Source: Chrysomallon squamiferum (lineage: Eukaryota > Animalia > Mollusca). From it: DNA of 64,000 nucleotides. Shown here piece by piece: positions 56,243 through 64,000 of the stretch. Numbering within the stretch: position 1 is the first letter of the stretch; every line of letters starts with the position of its first letter. The notes under the pieces were generated by a model, which did not search any database, had not been told where the DNA came from, and was given only the letters and a program-made list of their open reading frames with translations. The DNA is taken from contig CM022672.1 in assembly GCA_012295275.1 (NCBI GenBank), positions 6,696,001 through 6,760,000 of the forward strand. The letters are read 5' to 3'. A program made the translations under genes and the position numbers.

Positions 56243-56962
56243 CTTTGAGTGCTATTGCGTACTAAGATGTTGGATGATATTATGAGAGGAAACTTGCTAT
56301 CACTGTGCATGTTATCTTTATACTGAATATCAACAAGGTATTTTTATTTCTGAAACAAACAACAACAAAAAACCCATCATTGTCCAATTGTTATAAACGT
56401 GACTTTCAAAGGCTTTCTTTCAGGCTTCGCTTCTTATTTCAACTCCACGTTTTAAAGACGAAAAAGGAGAAGGAAAACAGAAGGAAAGATAAATAATTAA
56501 ATAAAATAACCGAACCTGACTTCATCCATGCATGCGCAATGATAACGACGCAGGAAATTAGTTGTTACATAAAGGGTTAATCAGTGTGAAAGATATTCCG
56601 TGTAAATTAGATTTCAGAACCTGCTGAAATCCCTCTTTCCTGCCGCATCATCTCTCCGTCGGTATTTTCCACGAATATGCACGAACCAGAAGAGATAGCC
56701 AGTTTATCAACGCTTGCTTTGTTATAGCGCACTGTTGTCCTGTTTGCTTCTCCCAGAGGTCACCGCGGCGCGCACCGGAAACCACCGGACGCAGTTCCTT
56801 AACTGCGTGACTGCACCGTGCCCGGAATTGTTGCGGGTGGCAGCGATGTATTTCCGGTTAGGGCATTTGAGTGGGGAAGTGCTCCAAAGATAACAGTACT
56901 TCGTTTATGCTATCGTAGTTATTTTTGAAAGGAATTTTCTAATATGTAGCCCCTCCCCATAA

Positions 56963-57014
<52 letters not shown>

Positions 57015-57652
57015 GTAGTAGTAGTAGTAGTAGATGTTGTTGTTGTTGTTGTAGAAGTAGTAGTAGAAGTAATAGAAGTAGAATAACTACTACTTCTACC
57101 ACCACTTCTGTACCTTTCACCACTAATTACTATTACTGCTGTTATTACTGTTTGTTTTTTGGTTGATGTTATTATATATGGACGAAAAGATTAAATTTAA
57201 TACAGAAATAATTTAGCATTATCATTATTTGTTGGACTAAACACGCGTACAACATTAATAAATACTGTTTATGAATACTAAATTATTTTATATATTTAAA
57301 TTCTAGAACATAATTTGTGGTGTTTACAAAAACTGAATTCTCAAATTTCTTTCCTGACTTGATTCTCTTAGTTGCGTGTCGTCTGCAAATTATTCCAGAC
57401 AACAAATAAATGTTTAGAATTTCCTCCATAGTTATCAGATTCAATTATTTATAATAATGTATTATTAGTATTAGCAGTTTTTGTAGTAATTGAAATTCAT
57501 TTCAGATAATGCTTTTGTTTGTGGGTGTGAATTGTTTTTAAAGTTTATATTTATATGAATAAAATAAATTTAATGTGCACCTTTAAAGTAGACCGTATCG
57601 CTAGAACAGAGAGACAGGCAAACAGGCCGAGATTATTTAGTGATTGTAACAT

Positions 57653-57657
<5 letters not shown>

Positions 57658-57728
<71 letters not shown>

Positions 57729-57749
57729 AACAGAGAGAGAGAGAGAGAG
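57658..57749. repeat. (GA)n microsatellite followed by a purine-rich tract
   Basis: Directly visible. Confidence 0.9.
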
Positions 57750-58624
57750 ATCGAGAGTATATATTATGTGTATAGTTTTATGCAAACAGAAAGACAGATA
57801 AAGAGAGATAGATAAGAGTTGGAGGGGAACAAAAAGTTAACGAAACAGACAAAAATTAACTTTAAAAAAAAAGAGAAAAAGAGAAAGTAAGAGCAATGTA
57901 TATGGATGGAGAGAAAGAGAAAAATATGTGTATATGAAAGAAAAGTGGTGAAAGAGCGACAAAGAAATGTTCGTGATCGACAGAGAGAGATAATGCAAGA
58001 TAGAGGAATAGAGGAATAAAGAGAATGAAAGAATGAGAAAGAAGGTGAGGTGAGGGAGAAAGATAATGATAGACAGATTAGATAAAAAACAGAATTAGAT
58101 CGATAAATACAGAGATATTTTTATTTTGGAATAGAAGAGAAAGAAACGGCAACAAATATTTACCTAAAACACCTCGGAACACGATGAACTGATATTAAAC
58201 CCTACAATTAATTTTAATCCTGTAGAAAGATATACTATTCCAACTGCCTGGAAAACAATCAAAGGCAGTCATTTTCTTAAACATAAAGTTAATAATGACA
58301 TAAAAGTCACCAATGTTTGATAACAGATAACCTTTTCTAAGTTAATTAAAACCAATACTTTTAATTATGTACAACAGACTTCGCTTCTTTACCTGCCCAA
58401 ATTGATCGAGGGTGAAAAACGTACAGCAGACCTTTGTAAATGTCAAACTGGTGTTCTACGCTGCTTTCAAACACGAACATCAAACAAGTGCAACATTTCG
58501 AAGTGCAGTAACAGAGATTAACAGTATACTCAAAGTTCGTAGCTTGAAATCATTTAATCTCAAATTTCCCTTTTTCACTTTACCTTTGTTTACACCTGCA
58601 CAGAACTGCACAGGTAAAAGGGTG

Positions 58625-58668
<44 letters not shown>

Positions 58669-58818
58669 GTTTTGAATTAACTGTGAGAAGTGACCTGCGT
58701 GCCGAGTAGTCGATCAATCACAATGAATTGTGTTGACAGCCTACATAGTTTTCTGGTATGTAGGAATTCATCCGTTGAGACATACATTAATTAAACAGAC
58801 AGCGAGAGAGACAGGGGA

Positions 58819-58820
<2 letters not shown>

Positions 58821-58899
<79 letters not shown>
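58821..58899. repeat. (GA)n microsatellite
   Basis: Directly visible. Confidence 0.95.
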
Positions 58900-58901
<2 letters not shown>

Positions 58902-60281
58902 CTTAATCAAATCCACATTTCTTTTAAAACCTTAATTTCATACTCAAAAGTAAAAATAAAAAGTAAGCGTATATTCTGCATCATTTTTTTTTTTTTTTTT
59001 TGGCGTTACATTTTTATTATTATTACCTATTTACTCATTTTTGTTTTATTGATTATTTATTTTTTATGTGGCAAGACATTAAACCGTGGAACGAAAAACA
59101 TTTTGGTTGGAAGTACATATTTATTTTCCAAACTTTAAATGCATTAACTGTAGCAACAACCTTTCTCTTCTTTTTTGTTTCTTTTTTCTTTTTTTTCTTT
59201 TTACAACGCTCTGTGGGAAGACTGACATGTTTCGTCTACGTTTTGTTGCTTTAATAATTACAGCCATTCTTCAAACTGACAAAAAGTATTCGAAATAAAG
59301 CCATTTCTAGAATTCTGCACTCGGCGGACTTCGACTCTTGCGATAAATCACGGGAAAGTAAACGCTTTGGACAGGTAATATGGCAGTTCCGCCATTATGA
59401 TATTTGTTTTTGCGGACAACGGATCCAGGTTGCTAATTACACGACTGCGGCAAGAGCTGAACAGCTGACGATTATCGTCTGCTGGGCAGACGAGTGTGGT
59501 CTCCGGTAATACTGCGCAGATGGCGCTGCTGCGCACTCGAAACGCGACTCATTTCAAAAAAGAGTTACAAGCAATTATGGCGGCCCTTTCCTGCTCAGTG
59601 TTTAACTGAAGACATATCGACATTTAAAAAAAAAAAAAAACCCAAAAATAAATGACACAGTAAATACTTGCTGTAATTATTTTCTGTTTCTGACACTAAT
59701 TTTAATTATGAGTTTATTTTAAGTGAGAGTAAATAATGTTATTTTCATATTCGTTACACTGGAAAAAGATGTAAATAAGCTATCAAATTGATGTACGAGA
59801 TACCAAAGGTCAGAGTAATGTGCATAAAAATTTAACACGTTGAAATCGTTCGTCTTTCCTTCTTCTATTTTTTATATTTATATATATATATATATATATA
59901 TTTATTTATTTAATTGTTGATTCTAATAATGTACAGACTTTATTTTTATTTATTTTTATTTTTATTTTTGATTTAAAAGTTACCGCCTCTTTCAAATTAA
60001 AGATTATTTACTTCTTCTTGGATTAACAAACTAGAAATCTGTTTCCTGAGTTAGTTAATCAGTGTTTTCACTGTTACTGTGGCGAAAGAAATTACAAACT
60101 TTACATCGCATATGATAAAAATAAATATCCGCTGTGCTCATGAAAAAAAGGGACTGTTCGCTACAAAATACACATTCAGAACGAAAAGCGAATTATCTGT
60201 TTCTGAGAACGGATTTTTTGTCTTATTTATTTATTTATTTATTTATTTATTTTGTTTGCTTGTTTGTTTGTTTGTTTGCAC

Positions 60282-60315
<34 letters not shown>

Positions 60316-60783
60316 GTTTGCTTTTTAAACGAAATCGTTTGATCTTACGACTTACATCAACTCAGTGATAGTATCACCCCCATTTCTGAAATTCTTCAGT
60401 TGTCTCTGGGTACTTTTCACTCTAATCAGACCACAGCAATCTGGATGGATCTGCAGTACAGATTAAAATACATTCATTTAAAAAATTTGTGCAAAAGCGT
60501 TGGTTCTGTTTAAAGTTCAGGGGTTCCAGTTTAAAATCATGTTTCTCAGAAAATCTCCAGGTTTTTGAAAGAACCCAAGTTCTTCAAATATAGAGTAAAT
60601 AAAATTACGCGATCAGTTTTAAGTTATTTAAATAAGAGCACTAATATATTTTTGGTTATATGTGCGAGAAGTTATAAACATAATTCCAAAAGAGGTTGGA
60701 TAAAAACTTACGAGATATCAATTTTAAATTAATAGACTTCCTTTCATTTTTATTCATTTCAGAAGCTTACCAGATATTTTCCT

Positions 60784-60825
<42 letters not shown>

Positions 60826-61594
60826 AAGAAAATGTCGCAAACAATCATACTTCAACTGAACTGAATTTAAAAGTAATTTTAACAAAATAATGTGAGCACA
60901 GTGTTAAGATTCATTTTAAGCTAAAGATAAAATACGAGTCTTCAGAGAGTTTAAACTGTTTTTCAAAGGCTTCGTCAAATAAACAACATCATTTGTCTTT
61001 GAATATTGGGTGTGTGTCTTGTCGACGACCAGATTAAATGAACAGAGTTTAAGCCTTGGTGCTCGGCGGGTTGCTCTGTGACAAAATCGTTGGTCTGGAT
61101 TCCTGCATGTTGTCACACACACCATACCTCGTCTTCCCTCTCTGTCAGGTGGAAACAAGACTTTTTTCTAATAATCAGTAGTTATTAATTTTGGACTTAT
61201 TTTAAAGCTGTTAGTTCAATGTACAACAATATGTTAAGAAGTAATTTTTCACGCAGTTATTGGCACAAATGACCCATTTTGCTCTCACCAGTCACATTTT
61301 TGCTGTTTATTTCGGAGCTGGGTCAGAAAGGTTTCTGATAAAAAACAAAAATTACTCTCGTATAAAGAAGAAAACCGGGGATAGGGTTGAAATATCCAAA
61401 AAGCGAAGATAAAGGCTAATCTTTGTCCACATACTACTTTGCGAGTCAAATAACTCCAGATAAGCTTACATTGCATGAGCTATCCCAGTTTACATCGCGT
61501 GTCTGCAATATTGCTTCATACTCCCCAGATGTTTAACAACCATAATAATAACAATAACAATAATAACCACAAAAACAACAACAATAATAACAAT

Positions 61595-61633
<39 letters not shown>

Positions 61634-62685
61634 AATAATAATAATGATATTAATAATGGATTTTCTTGAGTAAGAGGGAGGTCTAAAACTCCACGACACC
61701 ACTGTCTAAACTTGTTACTTCTGATGTAAGAAAACACTAAAAGCACCTGTCAGATTTGACGTTTATATGGATCTGCACTTTAATACTCGGAGCTCCTGTA
61801 ATTTAAGTGTGGTTTAAAATGTTCAAGATATATATTTTTTATTTTACATTACTGTGTGTTTTTTTTTTTTTGTGGTTTTTTTATAATAGGATTTGAAAGA
61901 AAAAAATAAACCGTCTGTGTTTAAGCCATTAGAAGTTTTTTTTATTCTTCTATTCACTGTCTGAGAATCATGAAGTTCACTGAATGTGCTGTGGTTAGTG
62001 TCATAGGTAGTACTATCAGTTCTTGACAGTACGATGATGAGGTTATTTCCCGATCCAACCAGTACCCAAAGTCCGTGATTATGAAAGAACGTGTTACCTT
62101 CTTTACACTAAAATTCGAAAGTTTATTGCTAATATTTTTTTTATTTATTTTTTTATTTATATATTTGTTTAATTTTTTATTTTTTTTTAAATTTTATTTA
62201 TTTGTTGTTGTTGTTGTTGTTGAAGAGGCATCATTAAGCGTTTATTTATATTCACGTCTATTTATTCTTTCACTAATGATGCACTATCAAGAGACTTTTT
62301 TTTTTTTTTTTTTGAAAACTGAAGAATTTCCATGATAACGAAATCTCTGTGTGTGCCTCATAAAAGTGCTTCTCTATTTTGATAACGTATCTCGAAAAAC
62401 TCGTCAGCTATCGCTACACATAAATATTCTGAGATGCTTTTCCTCTTCAGCTAAAAGACAACCGCTGTGATGACGCCATTGTTGCGGGAAGTGGTGCTGG
62501 GACATTTGTGCAAAACAGCTACACCACTGCAGAGTCGTATAACCGTGCATTTTTGTCTGTGTACTCACCCATACACCCACACACAATGCACACGTTCTTC
62601 CTTGAATATTATATATGTATATAAACACACACACACATTTATATATATTATATACGTTTACATGCATATATACATATATTCATAC

Positions 62686-62731
<46 letters not shown>

Positions 62732-64000
62732 GCATACATACATTTATATACATGTGATATATAAACACACACTCAAACACACACACACATATATATAAAC
62801 ATACATACATACACAAATATACACACACACGCATACATACACATACACATACGCACACTCATACAAACTGACGCACATACACACCTACGTATGTACGTAT
62901 ATACAAAAACACACACACATAAACAATTATCAGATTTTGTATTTTGTAAGGTGAACAGTCCCCCAGGAGAGCTCATTTTCAAGTTTGAGTTTTCCCGTAT
63001 TAGCCACACTGAGGTGGGGGTGTCATCACTCACCAGGTGACTCCTTGTCCCTGCGTTTAAGGTACATAAGATATTATTTATTTATTAAAATTTGTTTAAA
63101 TAACTGGCGAGGAATAATAGTTATAAAATTTTATTCATGGTATACAGCACAGCGGAAATGAATTTATAAAGGCTGCTGATAATTTCTTGAAAGAAGTAAA
63201 TACAGTGTAAATAGTATTTTGCACAAAAAAGGAAATTACAAAACCTTAGTTTAAAATAATTTGAAAACATACGCAACTTTTAGCTTAAGAATTAATTATT
63301 TATTTATTTATTCATTCATTCATTCAGGTTTTTTTTTTTTATCTTTATATCGATAATAAACTAATACAAATATTTATTTATTTTATTAAATTAATTACAT
63401 TATTTATTTATTTATTTAAATTTCATTAACTGGTTTACTTACATACTTTTATTTTAATTACTTTTTTTTTATTATTACTATATTTATTAATTTATTTACG
63501 TATTTGTTTTTTGTTTGTTTGCTAATTTGTTTATTTAATTAGTTTGTTAGTCAGTTATTATTCTTTCTTATCAATACATTTTGCTTTTAAATTTATTTAT
63601 TGCGATCTATTTCCTTGTTTAGATAGTTCAACTTTTGTTATTACATTATCACTAGTAAGAACTATTTCTTGTGTTGTATACCATGATTTACTTTTAGAAG
63701 CGTCGGCCTAAAAATAAAGAACAGAGACAAATTTGGACGCAGATTCAGACGGTTCACCAAAGTAAGAGAGATCGGAATATACACGTTATAATCAAAAATA
63801 CCTTCATGCCAAATTTTAAAAACTAAAATCCGATCTTGATCCTCATTCTAAACCGCGGTTGCGGTTACGGAAATGTGTCAGCAGAGGTTAAGGATTGGTT
63901 TTTGATTTTTATCTCTAAAACTGATTCAAACGCTTCTGAAATTCTCAGTTATTTTTAAGTAACTTAAATTATCTATCAGTAATAAACTGAACTGTCAAAA

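Noticed and set aside
56757-56893. Candidate FABP exon 2 after the CTTCTCCCAG acceptor
   Set aside because: Phase-1 translation (EVTAARTGNHRTQ...) has no FABP similarity and hits a stop.
46333-63033. Numerous 60-150 aa ORFs rich in ER, SL, CV, poly-F/L/Y/N
   Set aside because: These are translations of microsatellites and homopolymer runs.
62951-63040. VNSPPGELIFKFEF segment as an FABP exon
   Set aside because: Only superficial resemblance, weak acceptor and an in-frame stop; looks like a dispersed repeat fragment.

Overview
AT-rich, microsatellite-dense animal genomic DNA. A mollusc, probably a gastropod, is likely, but this is inferred only from repeat style and protein similarity. By manual splicing I can reconstruct: (1) a cluster of three divergent paralogs of an unrecognised small basic protein family (7404-7871 +, 9619-10236 +, 13803-12007 - with one intron), sharing an invariant PRAPAFR motif and two copies of a 'V(S/T)RxE(M/V)xx(I/V)VxRLxxPT' repeat; (2) a complete 5-exon DDAH-family gene (-) whose catalytic Cys position appears to be Ser; (3) a complete 8-exon proteasome beta-2 gene PSMB7 (-) about 2 kb upstream of DDAH; (4) exon 1 of an FABP-family gene (+, 45522-45597) followed by an intron of more than 18 kb. 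There is also a decayed Tc1/mariner element with terminal inverted repeats, a foldback/MITE-like element, SINE-like fragments, a 33-bp minisatellite and many microsatellites. Most entries in the ORF track are low-complexity artefacts.
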